A stretch of 64,000 bases of DNA. Origin: Alphaproteobacteria bacterium. GTDB lineage: Bacteria > Pseudomonadota > Alphaproteobacteria > Rhizobiales > Rhizobiaceae. The position numbers and the translations under genes were made by a program. The stretch is taken from NCBI GenBank assembly GCA_018823835.1, contig JAHJHT010000010.1, forward strand, positions 68,245 through 132,244. The letters are read 5' to 3'. Under the pieces are notes generated by a model. That model saw only the letters and a program-made list of their open reading frames with translations. It was not told the origin of the DNA and did not search any database. Of the stretch, positions 32,053-42,707 are shown one piece after another; within the stretch, counting starts at the first letter, position 1; each line of letters opens with the position of its first letter.

Positions 32053-33027
32053 ATGATAAGACTATTCGTCGTCGAGAATGAGCGGCTGCGCATCGTTGAC
32101 GATTTCGAAGCCAACAAGGACCGAATCGTCTGGGTCGACCTTTTCTCACCGACCAAGGAAGAAGACGCCGTCATCGAGGATTGGATCGGCGTTTCCATCC
32201 CCTCCCTCGAGGAGATGGAAGAGATCGAGATTTCCTCGCGACTCTATGTCGAGAACGGTGCCCAGATCATGACCGCGACGCTCCCGGCCCATGCGGACGG
32301 CGATCGCCCCAAAATGTCGCCGGTGACCTTCGTTCTGGCCGGCACGAGACTGATCACCGTGCGCTATCACGAACCGCGCGCCTTCCAGACCTTTCCACAG
32401 CGCGCCGAGAAGGTCGATACCGGCTGCCACAGCGGCGACACCATCCTGATCGGGCTGCTGGAAGCGATCGTCGACCGGCTGGCCGACGTGCTCGAGCGGG
32501 CAAGCACCGAGGTCGTTGCCATCTCGCACGACATCTTCCATCCGTCCGAGAAGAAGGCGTCCAAGCGTGACCGCGATTTCCAGCTGGTCCTGCGCCGCAT
32601 CGGCCGCAAGGAAGACCTCGTGTCGAAGATCCAGGACAGCCTGCTGACCCTGCAACGCCTCTCCGGCTTCCTCGCCAACGCCGCGATCCAGCACAAGAAC
32701 CCCAAGGACATGCGCGCGCGCATCAAGACGTTGTCGCGCGACATCCTCTCGCTGAGCGACCACGCCTCCTTCCAGACCCAGAAGATCAACTTCCTGCTCG
32801 ACGCGACGCTCGGCATGATCAACATCGAGCAGAACGCCATCATCAAGATCGTCTCGGTCGCCGCCGTGGTCTTCCTCCCACCCACCTTGGTGGCCTCGAT
32901 CTACGGCATGAACTTCGAACTCATGCCGGAACTGCGATGGATTCTCGGCTACCCGCTGGCGCTGACCTTGATGGTGGTGTCGGCGGTTCTGCCCTTCTGG
33001 TTCTTCCGCCGCAAGGGCTGGCTCTGA
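32053..33027 (+). CDS. corA: magnesium/cobalt transporter CorA
   Basis: 324 aa with the YGMNF motif followed by two C-terminal TM helices. Confidence 0.9.
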   Translation: MIRLFVVENERLRIVDDFEANKDRIVWVDLFSPTKEEDAVIEDWIGVSIPSLEEMEEIEISSRLYVENGAQIMTATLPAHADGDRPKMSPVTFVLAGTRLITVRYHEPRAFQTFPQRAEKVDTGCHSGDTILIGLLEAIVDRLADVLERASTEVVAISHDIFHPSEKKASKRDRDFQLVLRRIGRKEDLVSKIQDSLLTLQRLSGFLANAAIQHKNPKDMRARIKTLSRDILSLSDHASFQTQKINFLLDATLGMINIEQNAIIKIVSVAAVVFLPPTLVASIYGMNFELMPELRWILGYPLALTLMVVSAVLPFWFFRRKGWL

Positions 33028-33093
33028 CCGGAGGGCTTGCCTTGCCCGTTCTGCCCCGCCATCACTACCGCTCAATGTCGTACAGGGATCGCC

Positions 33094-33561
33094 ATGCCAG
33101 CTAAGAAGTGGGCCTTCGAGGACTTCGTCGTCGGCGATGTGATCGAACTCGGCTCTAAGCGCGCCGTCGCGGAAGAGATCGTGGCATTTGCCAGCGAGTT
33201 CGATCCGCAGCCGATGCATCTCGACGAGGAGGCCGGCGCGGCGAGCATTCTGGGCGGGCTGTCGGCCTCTGGCTGGCACACCTGTGCCATGTTCATGCGC
33301 CTGTTGTGCGACGGCCTCCTCCTCGCTTCAACCTGCGAGGGCTCGCCCGGCATCGACTACGTGAAGTGGAAGAAGCCCGTGCTGGCCGGCGACGAGCTGT
33401 TCGCGGCGGTAAAGGTAGTCGCAACGCGGGAGTCGAAGTCCCGCCCGGCGATCGGGCTGGTCACCATCCATTCCGAGATGAAGAACCAGGACGGCGTCAT
33501 CGTACTCGAAATGGAAAACACGATCATGTTCGGCAAGCGTGCGGCCGGAGCGGCAGCATGA
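33094..33561 (+). CDS. MaoC-like (R)-hydratase hot-dog protein
   Basis: Trimmed to the ATG at 33094. The sequence FDPQPMHLDEEAG......GLSASGWHT is a MaoC-type motif. Confidence 0.8.
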   Translation: MPAKKWAFEDFVVGDVIELGSKRAVAEEIVAFASEFDPQPMHLDEEAGAASILGGLSASGWHTCAMFMRLLCDGLLLASTCEGSPGIDYVKWKKPVLAGDELFAAVKVVATRESKSRPAIGLVTIHSEMKNQDGVIVLEMENTIMFGKRAAGAAA

Positions 33562-34028
33562 CGCTCGACAGCTATCTTGGCGTCGGCATCGTCCGCGAGC
33601 TCGGCACCCACCTCTTCGAGGCGGAAGCAATCAAGGAGTTTGCCCGCAAATTCGATCCGCAGCCGTTTCACGTCGACGAGGCGGCGGCTGCCAGGAGCGT
33701 TCTTGGTGGCCTTTGCGCCTCGGGTTGGCATACGGCAGCGGTATGGATGAGGCTGAGCGTCGACGCCGGCATGACGGCCCGCGACACTCCGTGGGACGGC
33801 CCTGGACCCGAGCCGGTCTTTGGCCCCTCCCCGGGATTCAGGAACCTGAAATGGCTGAAGCCGGTCTATGCCGGCGAGACGATCCGCTTCACGCGCACGG
33901 TCCTCAATCACCGTGCGCTCGCGAGCCGGCCAGGCTGGCTCGTGCTGACCGTCCGGGGCGAGGCTTTCAACCCCAAGGGCGACAAGGTGCTGGAGTTCGA
34001 CAGCGGTGTCATGGTGAGGGCGGGATGA
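33558..34028 (+). CDS. MaoC-like hot-dog protein, paralog
   Basis: ATG at 33558 forms an ATGA overlap with the upstream stop. The sequence FDPQPFHVDEAAA...GLCASGWHT parallels gene 33094-33561. Confidence 0.8.
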   Translation: MTLDSYLGVGIVRELGTHLFEAEAIKEFARKFDPQPFHVDEAAAARSVLGGLCASGWHTAAVWMRLSVDAGMTARDTPWDGPGPEPVFGPSPGFRNLKWLKPVYAGETIRFTRTVLNHRALASRPGWLVLTVRGEAFNPKGDKVLEFDSGVMVRAG

Positions 34029-34843
34029 AGCTACGCACGAAATTTGAGGCGCTGGGCTTTCGCTCGCCGCCGAGGACCTACGGCCACCGTGTCGCCACCT
34101 TCCAGCTTGAGCGCGAGGGCAGCGTGCAGTTCGCACAGTGGCTTCATCCGAAATGTGCGCCCACCAACTTCGATCAGGCAGAGGTCGACGAGCTTCGCAA
34201 TTACCTCCGGCCGGGAGACGCGGTGATCGATGTCGGAGCACATTCCGGCGACACCACCGTCCTCTTCGCACTGGCGGCTGGCGCCGAGGGCCGTGTCTTC
34301 GCCGTGGAGCCAAACCGCTACGTGCTTCCGGTGCTCCAGGCGAACGCAGCCTTGAACCCGAAGGCGGCGCCGATCGAAATCCTGCCTTATGCTGCGACCA
34401 GCGAGACGATGCCGCTCGTCTTCAACTACTCTGACGCTGGCTTCTGCAACGGCGGCGACCTGTCCGACAAGGGCATCTTCCGGGCCGGGCATCTCTACCG
34501 GCTTGATGTAGAAGGCCGAAATATCGCAGACGAACTGGCGGCAACGGCGCCCGAATGGCTTTCCCGGGTTCGCCTGATCAAGACCGATACGGAGGGCAAC
34601 GACCAGTCGGTTATCGAGTCACTCGCGCCCATCATCCGCGAGACGCGCCCCTACCTGATCAGCGAGATCTACAAGCGCTCCACAGAGGCTGAGCGACGCG
34701 CCTTCCATCGCCTGCTGACAGAGGACCTTGGCTACCGCGTCTACCGGGCCGAACTCTATACAAGGCTCAGGGCCGAAGAGCTCGGCGCTGACGACATGAT
34801 GAAGTTCGAGCATTTCGACATCTTCTGCGTGCCCGCAGACTGA
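34025..34843 (+). CDS. FkbM family methyltransferase
   Basis: ATG at 34025 forms an ATGA overlap with the upstream stop. The sequence DVGAHSGDTTVLFA...VFAVEPNRYVLPVLQAN...IKTDTEGND is typical of FkbM. Confidence 0.8.
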   Translation: MKLRTKFEALGFRSPPRTYGHRVATFQLEREGSVQFAQWLHPKCAPTNFDQAEVDELRNYLRPGDAVIDVGAHSGDTTVLFALAAGAEGRVFAVEPNRYVLPVLQANAALNPKAAPIEILPYAATSETMPLVFNYSDAGFCNGGDLSDKGIFRAGHLYRLDVEGRNIADELAATAPEWLSRVRLIKTDTEGNDQSVIESLAPIIRETRPYLISEIYKRSTEAERRAFHRLLTEDLGYRVYRAELYTRLRAEELGADDMMKFEHFDIFCVPAD

Positions 34844-35389
34844 TCAGTGCCCCTCGAAGCCGACCAGGGTGCGCACGGTGACGCCCAGGTCCTCGAGCTT
34901 CTTGCGACCGCCGAGATCCGGCAGATCGATGACGAAGCAGGCGGCGACTATGTCGGCGCCCATCTGCCGCAGCAGCTTGACCGCGCCTTGCGCCGTCCCC
35001 CCAGTAGCGATCAAATCGTCGACCAGAATGACCTTCTCGCCTTCCTTGACGGCGTCCTTGTGCATTTCCATCTCGTCCAGCCCGTACTCCAGACTGTAGG
35101 CAACGCGCACCGTCTCGTGCGGAAGCTTGCCCTTCTTGCGGATTGGAATGAAGCCGGCCGATAGCTGATGCGCCATGGCGCCGCCGAGGATGAAGCCACG
35201 TGCCTCGATGCCGGCGATCTTGTCGACCTTGAGACCGGCATAAGGATGGACCAGTTCGTCGATCGATCGCCGGAAAGCCCCGGCATTGCCGAGCAGCGTA
35301 GTGATGTCGCGAAACATGATGCCGGGCTTCGGATAGTCCGGGATGTTTCGGATCGAAGACAGCAGCGTCTCTTCGAGGGATGATTTCAT
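34844..35389 (-). CDS. apt: adenine phosphoribosyltransferase
   Basis: Trimmed to the ATG at 35389. Sequence: [18 protein letters not shown], with PRPP loop [14 protein letters not shown]. Confidence 0.95.
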   Translation of the reverse strand: MKSSLEETLLSSIRNIPDYPKPGIMFRDITTLLGNAGAFRRSIDELVHPYAGLKVDKIAGIEARGFILGGAMAHQLSAGFIPIRKKGKLPHETVRVAYSLEYGLDEMEMHKDAVKEGEKVILVDDLIATGGTAQGAVKLLRQMGADIVAACFVIDLPDLGGRKKLEDLGVTVRTLVGFEGH

Positions 35390-35484
35390 GTCTGTCGCCC
35401 CATTGCATTTTATTGATGCCGGTGAACCCGGCAAAAGAAAAGGGCGCACGCGGCGCCCTTGTTCCCCTTGCGATCGGCCGCGCG

Positions 35485-36345
35485 TCAGTGCGCGACGTCG
35501 CTCCAAACCTTGCGCTTGGTGAGATAGACCAGGCCGCCGAACAACAGCAGGAAAACCATGACGCTGAAGCCGGTCTTCTTGCGGTCCTCGAGGTGCGGCT
35601 CGGCGGTCCACATCAGGAAGGCCGACACGTCGCGCGAATACTGGTCGACGGTCTGCGGCGTGCCGTCGTCGTAGGTCACCTGGTCGTCCGACAGCGGCGG
35701 CGCCATGGCCAGCGACTTGCCGGCGATAAAATACGGGTTGTAGTAGGTACCTTCAGGGATGTGCATGCCCGCCGGCGGTTCCTCGCCGTAGCCGGTCAGC
35801 AGCGCGTGGATATAGTCCGGGCCGTTTTCCGCATACTGCGTGAAGATGTCGAAGACGAAGGTCGGGAAGCCGCGCTCGACGCCGCGCGCCTTGGCCAGCA
35901 GCGACATGTCGGGAGGAGCCGCCCCGTTGTTTGCGGCAGCGGCCGCGATCGCGTTGGGGAACGGCGCCGGAAAATGGTCCGACGGAATGCCCGGCCGTTC
36001 GAACATCTCGCCGTCATTGTTGGGCCCGTCCTGGACCGTGTACTCGGCCGCGAACGCCTTCACCTGGGCCTCGGAATAGCCGAGATGCTCGAGCGTGCGA
36101 AACGACACGAGATTCATCGAATGGCAGGCCGAGCAGACCTCCTTGTAAACCTTCAGGCCGCGCTGCAGCTGCGCCTTGTCGTAGGTCCCGAAAGGACCGG
36201 CGAAGCTCCAGCTTTCCTCGGTCGGCTTGTGGATCGGGAAATGCGTAGGCTCGGCCGCGTTGTGTGCTTCCTCGGCCCGGGCAACCCCCGCTGCGCCAGC
36301 GGCGGCAAGACCTGCGGCCACCAGAACGCTGAGAATCCTGTTCAT
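35485..36345 (-). CDS. petC: cytochrome c1
   Basis: Trimmed to the ATG at 36345 (signal peptide [24 protein letters not shown]). It has heme motif CSACHS and a C-terminal TM anchor. Confidence 0.9.
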   Translation of the reverse strand: MNRILSVLVAAGLAAAGAAGVARAEEAHNAAEPTHFPIHKPTEESWSFAGPFGTYDKAQLQRGLKVYKEVCSACHSMNLVSFRTLEHLGYSEAQVKAFAAEYTVQDGPNNDGEMFERPGIPSDHFPAPFPNAIAAAAANNGAAPPDMSLLAKARGVERGFPTFVFDIFTQYAENGPDYIHALLTGYGEEPPAGMHIPEGTYYNPYFIAGKSLAMAPPLSDDQVTYDDGTPQTVDQYSRDVSAFLMWTAEPHLEDRKKTGFSVMVFLLLFGGLVYLTKRKVWSDVAH

Positions 36346-36376
36346 GCGAAATATTCCTCTCAACATTCTCGTCCGA

Positions 36377-37681
36377 TCAGCCTTTGGTCTCGGGCGCAGC
36401 AACCGCGCCCTCCGGATGGCTTATCGCGCCGACACGGTTCTTTGCCAGCACGGCCTCGGTAATCGAATTCGGCAAGCGGCGGGTCGGCTCGATCAGGCCG
36501 AGGAGCGGCATGATGACGACGAAGAAGCCGAAATAGTAGAGCGTCGCCAGCTGCGACATGATCACGTAGACGCCCTCGGCGGGACGTGATCCGAGCCAGC
36601 CCAGGAAGATGGCATTGGCGGCAAACAGCCAGAAGAACAGCTTGTACCAGGGCCGGTAGACGGCCGAGCGCACCTTCGACGTGTCGAGCCACGGCACGAA
36701 GAACAGCACCGCGATGGCACCGAACATGGCCAGCACGCCGCCGAGCTTGGAATCGATCGGCCCGATGTTGAAGGTGATGGCGCGCAGGATGGCGTAGAAC
36801 GGCAGGTAGTACCATTCGGGCACGATGTGGGCCGGTGTCTTCAGCGGATCGGCGATGATGTAGTTGTCGGGGTGGCCGAGATAGTTCGGGATGTAGAAGA
36901 CGAAGTAGGCGAAGAACAGCAGGAACAGCACCATCGCAAACGCGTCCTTGATGGTCGCATAGGGCGTAAAGGCCACGGTGTCAGTCTTCGACTTCACCTC
37001 GATGCCGGTCGGATTGGTCTGCCCCACCACGTGGAGCGCCCAGACGTGCAGGATCACCACGCCGGCTATCATGAAGGGCAGCAGGTAATGCAGCGAGAAG
37101 AAGCGGTTGAGCGTCGGGTTGTCGACCGCGAAGCCGCCCAGCAGCAGCTGCTGGATCCACTCGCCCACCACCGGAATGGCGGTGAAGAAGCTGGTGATGA
37201 CGGTTGCGCCCCAGAATGACATCTGGCCCCAGGGAAGCACGTAGCCCATGAAGCCCGTCGCCATCATCAGGAGGTAGATAATGCAGCCGAGGATCCAGAG
37301 AAGCTCCCGCGGCGCCTTGTAGGAGCCGTAGTAGAGCCCGCGGAAGATGTGGATATAGACGGCGATGAAGAACATCGAGGCGCCGTTGGAATGCAGGTAG
37401 CGCAGGAGCCAGCCCGAATTCACGTCGCGCATGATCTTCTCGACCGACTGGAAGGCGAGGCCCGTGTCGGCGGCGTAATGCATCGCCAGCACGACGCCGG
37501 TCAGGATCTGCGAGACCAGCATGATGGCGAGAATGCCGCCGAATGCGTAGGCATAGTTCAGGTTGCGCGGCACCGGGTAGGCGACGAAGGAATCGTACAC
37601 CAGGCGGGGCAGAGGCATGCGTGCGTCGACCCAGCGGCCGAGACCGGAGGCGGGCTTGTAGGTAGAGTGTCCACCGCTCAT
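36377..37681 (-). CDS. petB: cytochrome b
   Basis: 434 aa with cytochrome b His ligands in TM helices and [13 protein letters not shown]-type motif ([13 protein letters not shown]). Confidence 0.95.
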   Translation of the reverse strand: MSGGHSTYKPASGLGRWVDARMPLPRLVYDSFVAYPVPRNLNYAYAFGGILAIMLVSQILTGVVLAMHYAADTGLAFQSVEKIMRDVNSGWLLRYLHSNGASMFFIAVYIHIFRGLYYGSYKAPRELLWILGCIIYLLMMATGFMGYVLPWGQMSFWGATVITSFFTAIPVVGEWIQQLLLGGFAVDNPTLNRFFSLHYLLPFMIAGVVILHVWALHVVGQTNPTGIEVKSKTDTVAFTPYATIKDAFAMVLFLLFFAYFVFYIPNYLGHPDNYIIADPLKTPAHIVPEWYYLPFYAILRAITFNIGPIDSKLGGVLAMFGAIAVLFFVPWLDTSKVRSAVYRPWYKLFFWLFAANAIFLGWLGSRPAEGVYVIMSQLATLYYFGFFVVIMPLLGLIEPTRRLPNSITEAVLAKNRVGAISHPEGAVAAPETKG

Positions 37682-37700
37682 TGGATAATTCCCTTCTGCC

Positions 37701-38264
37701 TCAACCGATCAGAATCTTGGTGTCGGACGTGAACTTGAACGTCGGCACGATCAGGTTTTCCGGCGCCGGGCCTTTCCTGATGCGGCCGGCCGTGTCGTAG
37801 ACCGAACCGTGGCATGGGCAGAACCAGCCATTGTACTCGCCGGCCTGGCCAAGCGGCACGCAACCGAGATGCGTGCAAACGCCGATCATCACCAGCCAGT
37901 TTTCCTTGCCCTCCCCCGCCGAGCGGTCGAGGTCGGTAGCCTGCGCCGACGCGTCGATGTTGGCGTTGCGCGCGAGCGGATCCTTGAGTTCCGAAATCGG
38001 CACGCTCTTGGCGGCTTCGACCTCTTCCGGCGTGCGGTTGCGGATGAACACCGGCTTGCCGCGCCATTTGACCGTCAGGGACATGCCGGGCTCGACCGCC
38101 GAGACGTCGACCTCGATCGTCGCCAGGGCCAGCGTCGAGGCGTCCGGCCGCATCTGATCGATGAACGGCCAGGCGAAGGCAGCAGCGCCGACGGCGCCGG
38201 CCATGCCGGTAGCGATGTAGAGAAAGTCGCGGCGATTGGGGTCGTGGGTTTCGGTTGCGCTCAC
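37701..38264 (-). CDS. petA: ubiquinol-cytochrome c reductase Rieske iron-sulfur subunit
   Basis: Tat-like N-terminus (RRDFLY) and Rieske boxes CTHLGC and CPCHGS. Confidence 0.95.
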   Translation of the reverse strand: MSATETHDPNRRDFLYIATGMAGAVGAAAFAWPFIDQMRPDASTLALATIEVDVSAVEPGMSLTVKWRGKPVFIRNRTPEEVEAAKSVPISELKDPLARNANIDASAQATDLDRSAGEGKENWLVMIGVCTHLGCVPLGQAGEYNGWFCPCHGSVYDTAGRIRKGPAPENLIVPTFKFTSDTKILIG

Positions 38265-38584
38265 GGCACTACGTTCCTTTCACCTCATCCTGACCGGTGG
38301 GCGGGATTCCCCGCTCCCCTGCGACAGACCGCATGCGCATGGCAAACGGCCGGCCAATCCCCCGGCAATTTCGAGTTTGGTTTATGCGGGCAGCCCCTTT
38401 TTGTCCAGTCGCCAGCAGGGGGAAGGGCAGATTGTCGCGGCGCTCCTGTGGACGTGTTGGCCGCGGCTCTCAGGACGGCAACCGGCGGCACTTCGCCGCC
38501 CCGCGTTTTCCGGGCTTTGGCTCGATGCCGTGGCGCGTGTTTGCACCGTAGCCGAGGCCGGCCAGGACCGTTGCGTCCGGTTGG

Positions 38585-38884
38585 CTAGCGGGCTCCGAGC
38601 CGCACCAGCACGGCCCGCGGAATGGCTAGCTCCCGGATCACCGAATCATGGCGCCGAAAGCCGCAGAGTTCGCGCTGGATGAAATAGGCATGCACCGCAT
38701 CCGCCGTTGCCTTCAGCAGGGCCTCTCGCCCCTCGCCGTCCCCGACATGTTCCTGCAGTCGCGCAAGGGTCGTTTCCACCTTCGCGCCGGCGCGGCCGAG
38801 GGCAGCAGCCTTTTCGGCGAGTATCTCGTGGCCGAGCAGGTCCAGCCCGGAATCGGCAGGCAGGCCCGGCCACATGGACGACAT
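38585..38884 (-). CDS. hypothetical small helical protein downstream of ABC exporter pair
   Basis: This is the last 99 codons of shadow ORF 38585-40270, which lie beyond the ABC gene stop at 38917. It starts at ATG 38884 and has a plausible composition (LAEKAAALGRAGAKVETTLARLQEH...AVHAYFIQRELCGF). Confidence 0.45.
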   Translation of the reverse strand: MSSMWPGLPADSGLDLLGHEILAEKAAALGRAGAKVETTLARLQEHVGDGEGREALLKATADAVHAYFIQRELCGFRRHDSVIRELAIPRAVLVRLGAR

Positions 38885-38916
38885 GCGTGTCGACAAGGAT
38901 GCCTCTCGTTCTTGCT

Positions 38917-40791
38917 CTATTCGGCCGCCACCTGGTCGCCCAGGAAGCCGCCCGACTGGCGCTTCCACAATTGGGCATAGAGCCCGCCCTTCGCAAGCAG
39001 CTCGTCGTGGGTCCCCTGCTCCACGACCCTGCCCTCGTCGAGCACGATCAGCCGGTCGAGCGCCGCGATCGTCGACAGGCGGTGGGCGATGGCGATCACG
39101 GTCTTGCCCTCCATCAGACGGTAGAGATTGTCCTGGATCGCCGCCTCGACCTCCGAATCGAGCGCGGAGGTCGCCTCGTCGAGAATCAGGATAGGCGCAT
39201 CCTTGAGCATCATCCGCGCGATCGCGATGCGCTGGCGTTGGCCGCCCGACAGCTTGACGCCGCGCTCGCCGACATGCGCCTCGTAGCCGCGCCGGCCGCG
39301 CGGATCGACGACGTCGGCGATGAATCCGTCGGCCGATGCACGCTTCGCGGCATCGACGATCGAAGCATGCGAGGCCCCTGCCCGGCCGTAGCCGATATTG
39401 TCGGCGATCGAGCGGTGCATCAGCATCGCGTCCTGGCTGACCACGCCAAACTGCTGCCGCAGCGACGCCTGCGTCACCGAGCGGATGTCGTGCCCGTCGA
39501 CCAGGATGCGTCCGCCCTCGATGTCGAAGAGCCTGAGCAGCAGGTTGACCACCGTCGTCTTGCCGGCGCCCGACGGGCCGATCAGCGCCACGCGTTCGCC
39601 CGGCCTGATATGAAGGTTGAAATTGTCGATGATCCCGTCGGTCTTGCCGTAGTGGAACGAAACATTCTCGAACCGGATGTCGCCCCGTGCCGGCGGCAGG
39701 ACCTCCGCGTCGGTGGCATCGCGCAGCGCCGGGCGCACCGAGATCGTGCGTGTGGCGTCCTGCACGGTGGCGTAGTTGCGAACCAGCCCGTTGATGTTGA
39801 ACATCATCCAGCCCGACATCTGGTTGAGGCGGAAAACCAGCCCGAGCGCGGCCGCGATGGCGCCGGTCGAGATTCCGCCTCCCGTCCACTTGACGATGCA
39901 AATCGCCGCGATGGTGCTCATCATGATGCCGTTGATGATGGCGATCGCCGAGCGCACCGTGGTGATGGCGCGCGTCAGGCGCACCACCGCCAGGAAATAG
40001 CTCTGCAGCCCGTCGCGCACATAGGCGTGCTCGCGCCGTCCGCTGTCGAACAGCTTGACCGACATGATGTTGGTGAAGGCATCGACCAGGCGGCCGTTGA
40101 ACACGGACCGTTCGTCGGCGGTCGCGCGGCCGGCCCGGCGCATCTCCGGCAGCAGATACCAGACGATGCCGGCATAGCTTGCCACCCAGAGCGCCACCAC
40201 CAGCCCCATCCACGGATCGACCGAGCTCAGGATGGTGATCGCAAGGATGACGAAGGTCACGAAGGCCCACATCGTCTGCAGCACGTTGACGATGAAGTCG
40301 CCGACGGCCTCGCCGCCCTGCATGATCTTGGTGGCGATGCGTCCGGCGAAATCGTTCTGGTAGAAGTCGTAAGGCTGCTCGATAACGCGCCGGAACGACT
40401 GCCAGCGCACCATCGCGTAGAAGCCCGGCACGATAACCTGTTGTTCGACCAGCGCCGAGCCGATCAGGACTGCGGTGCGGATCACCAGCAGTAGGGCCAG
40501 CAAGCCGGCGAGCTCGTGCCAGTGCTCGGCAAACAGCGTCTGCGGCGTGGCCGAGTCGAGCAGGTCGATCAGCCAGCCGATCGACCAGTAGAGCGCGGCA
40601 TCCACGGTGCCGACCAGTCCGCCCATGACGAGGAGCAGCGCGAAGGGCCCCTTCGCCTGCCTGGCGAAGTAGAGGATGAACTGCCAGGCTGTCGCGGGAA
40701 GCACCTCGCGGTCGGTATCGTGAAAGGCGTCGACGGCGCCTTCGAAGCGCCGCCAGAGGTTTTCGCGAAAGCCGGGCTCGTTGATCATCAC
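38917..40791 (-). CDS. ABC transporter permease/ATP-binding fusion (exporter half-transporter)
   Basis: 624 aa: six-TM N-domain, Walker A GPSGAGKTT, signature LSGGQRQR, Walker B ILILDEATSALD. Confidence 0.9.
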   Translation of the reverse strand: MMINEPGFRENLWRRFEGAVDAFHDTDREVLPATAWQFILYFARQAKGPFALLLVMGGLVGTVDAALYWSIGWLIDLLDSATPQTLFAEHWHELAGLLALLLVIRTAVLIGSALVEQQVIVPGFYAMVRWQSFRRVIEQPYDFYQNDFAGRIATKIMQGGEAVGDFIVNVLQTMWAFVTFVILAITILSSVDPWMGLVVALWVASYAGIVWYLLPEMRRAGRATADERSVFNGRLVDAFTNIMSVKLFDSGRREHAYVRDGLQSYFLAVVRLTRAITTVRSAIAIINGIMMSTIAAICIVKWTGGGISTGAIAAALGLVFRLNQMSGWMMFNINGLVRNYATVQDATRTISVRPALRDATDAEVLPPARGDIRFENVSFHYGKTDGIIDNFNLHIRPGERVALIGPSGAGKTTVVNLLLRLFDIEGGRILVDGHDIRSVTQASLRQQFGVVSQDAMLMHRSIADNIGYGRAGASHASIVDAAKRASADGFIADVVDPRGRRGYEAHVGERGVKLSGGQRQRIAIARMMLKDAPILILDEATSALDSEVEAAIQDNLYRLMEGKTVIAIAHRLSTIAALDRLIVLDEGRVVEQGTHDELLAKGGLYAQLWKRQSGGFLGDQVAAE

Positions 40792-42668
40792 TCTGCCGCC
40801 TGGCCGGTCTCGGCCGTCACGAGGCCCGCCTCGGCGGCATCGTCGAACAGCAGGAATCCGCCCGACTGGCGAGCCCAGAGCTGTGCGTAGAGCCCGCCCT
40901 TGGCCACCAGCGCGTCATGCGTGCCTTCCTCGATGATCTCGCCCTGGTCCATCACCACAAGCCTGTCCATGGCGGCGATGGTGGAGAGCCGGTGCGCGAT
41001 GGCAATCACGGTCTTGCCTTCCATCAGCCGGTAGAGGTTTTCCTGGATCGCCGCCTCGACTTCCGAATCGAGCGCCGAGGTCGCCTCGTCGAGGATGAGG
41101 ATCGGCGCGTCCTTCAGCATAACGCGGGCAATCGCGATGCGTTGCCGCTGGCCGCCCGACAGCTTGACGCCGCGCTCGCCGACATGCGCGTCGAGGCCCT
41201 TGCGTCCCTTGGCATCTGCCAGCCCGGCGATGAAGTCGAGCGCCTCGGCCCGCCGGGCCGCCTCGATCATCATCGCTTCGGTCGCGTCCGGACGGCCGTA
41301 CAGGATGTTGTCGCGCACCGACCGATGCAGCAGCGACGTGTCCTGCGTCACCATGCCGATCTGCGCCCGCAGGCTGTCCTGCGTCACGCCGGCGATCTCC
41401 TGTCCGTCGATCAGGATGCTGCCCTTCTCGAGGTCGTAGAAGCGCAGCAGCAGGTTGACCAGCGTCGACTTGCCGGCGCCCGAACGGCCGACGATGCCGA
41501 CCTTCTCGCCGGGCCTGACGGTGAGCGACAGGTTCTCGATGACGCCCTTGCCCTTGCCGTAGTGGAAGCCGATCGACTGGTACTCGATCTTGCCGGCCGA
41601 AACCGAGATCTCCTTGGCCCCCGGGCGATCCTCGACCAGGCGCGGCAGCGATATCGAGCTGATACCGTCCTGCACCGTGCCGATGTTCTCGAACAGTGCC
41701 GAGACCTCCCACATGATCCATTGCGACATGCCCCAGAGCCGCAGCACCAGTCCGATCACCACGGCCACCGCGCCGATCGTGACCAGCTCGCCGAGCCACA
41801 GCCAGATCGACAGCGCCGTCACCGAGAACAGCAGCAGCGAATTGAGCAGGTAGAGCACGCCGTAGAGCTGCGTCACCAGGCGCATCGATCGGTAGACGGT
41901 GTCGAGAAAACCCGTCATCCCGTCCCGCGCGTAGCTCGCCTCGCGGCGGCTGTGCGAGAACAGCTTCACGGTCTGGATGTTGGTGTAGCTGTCGATCACC
42001 CGGCCCGTCATCATCGAGCGCGCATCGGCCTGCTGCTCGGCCACCTTGCCGAGCCGCGGGATGAAGTAGCTCAGCAGCAGGACGTAGCTGACCAGCCACA
42101 CGGCGAGCGGCGCGGCAAGCCGCCAGTCGGCCGTCCCGACGATGACCAGCATGCCGAGAAAATACACCGAGACGTAGTTCAGCACGTCGAACAGCTTGAT
42201 GATGCATTCGCGCACGGCCAGCGCGGTCTGCATCAGCTTGGTGGCGATGCGTCCGGCGAACTCGTCCTGGTAGAAGCTCATAGACTGCTTGAGCAGGTAG
42301 CGATGCACCTGCCAGCGGATGCGCATCGGATAGTTGCCCATCAGCGTCTGCTGGTTGAACAGCGAGTGCGCAAAGACCGTGACAGGCAGGGCAATCAGCA
42401 CGATGGCGGCCATTCCGGCGAGCCGCCAGCCCTCTGTCTGAAGGAACGTCTCGCGGTTCTGCACCGACAGCCAGTCGACGATCGAGCCGAGAAAGCCGAA
42501 CATCCACACTTCCGTCAGCGCAATCAGCGATGTCAGCAGCGCCGACACGGCGATGTAGGGCCAGGCGCCCCGCGTGTAGTGCAGGCAGAAGGCAACCAGC
42601 GTGCGCGGCGGCTCCACCGGCTCCTGCGGCGGGAACGGATCGAGGCGTGCTTCAAACCAGCGGAACAT
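40788..42668 (-). CDS. ABC transporter permease/ATP-binding fusion (exporter half-transporter), partner
   Basis: 626 aa: Walker A GRSGAGKST, LSGGQRQR, ILILDEATSALD. It overlaps the downstream paralog by 4 nt, which suggests a heterodimeric exporter. Confidence 0.9.
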   Translation of the reverse strand: MFRWFEARLDPFPPQEPVEPPRTLVAFCLHYTRGAWPYIAVSALLTSLIALTEVWMFGFLGSIVDWLSVQNRETFLQTEGWRLAGMAAIVLIALPVTVFAHSLFNQQTLMGNYPMRIRWQVHRYLLKQSMSFYQDEFAGRIATKLMQTALAVRECIIKLFDVLNYVSVYFLGMLVIVGTADWRLAAPLAVWLVSYVLLLSYFIPRLGKVAEQQADARSMMTGRVIDSYTNIQTVKLFSHSRREASYARDGMTGFLDTVYRSMRLVTQLYGVLYLLNSLLLFSVTALSIWLWLGELVTIGAVAVVIGLVLRLWGMSQWIMWEVSALFENIGTVQDGISSISLPRLVEDRPGAKEISVSAGKIEYQSIGFHYGKGKGVIENLSLTVRPGEKVGIVGRSGAGKSTLVNLLLRFYDLEKGSILIDGQEIAGVTQDSLRAQIGMVTQDTSLLHRSVRDNILYGRPDATEAMMIEAARRAEALDFIAGLADAKGRKGLDAHVGERGVKLSGGQRQRIAIARVMLKDAPILILDEATSALDSEVEAAIQENLYRLMEGKTVIAIAHRLSTIAAMDRLVVMDQGEIIEEGTHDALVAKGGLYAQLWARQSGGFLLFDDAAEAGLVTAETGQAAE

Positions 42669-42707
42669 AATCTGTCTCTTTATCCGTGACGTGATCCCCG
42701 CGCTGCC

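Noticed and set aside
38585-42689. Very long alternative ORFs overlapping the two ABC exporter genes: 38585-40270 (-) 561 aa, 38707-40494 (+) 595 aa, 40915-42507 (-) 530 aa, 40917-42689 (+) 590 aa.
   Set aside because: These are shadow ORFs of high-GC coding DNA, with Arg/Gly/Pro/His-rich nonsense composition and no motifs. The frames 38917-40791 and 40788-42668 carry complete TMD plus Walker A, signature and Walker B motifs. Only the last 99 codons of 38585-40270, which lie outside the ABC gene, were kept as a weak separate call.
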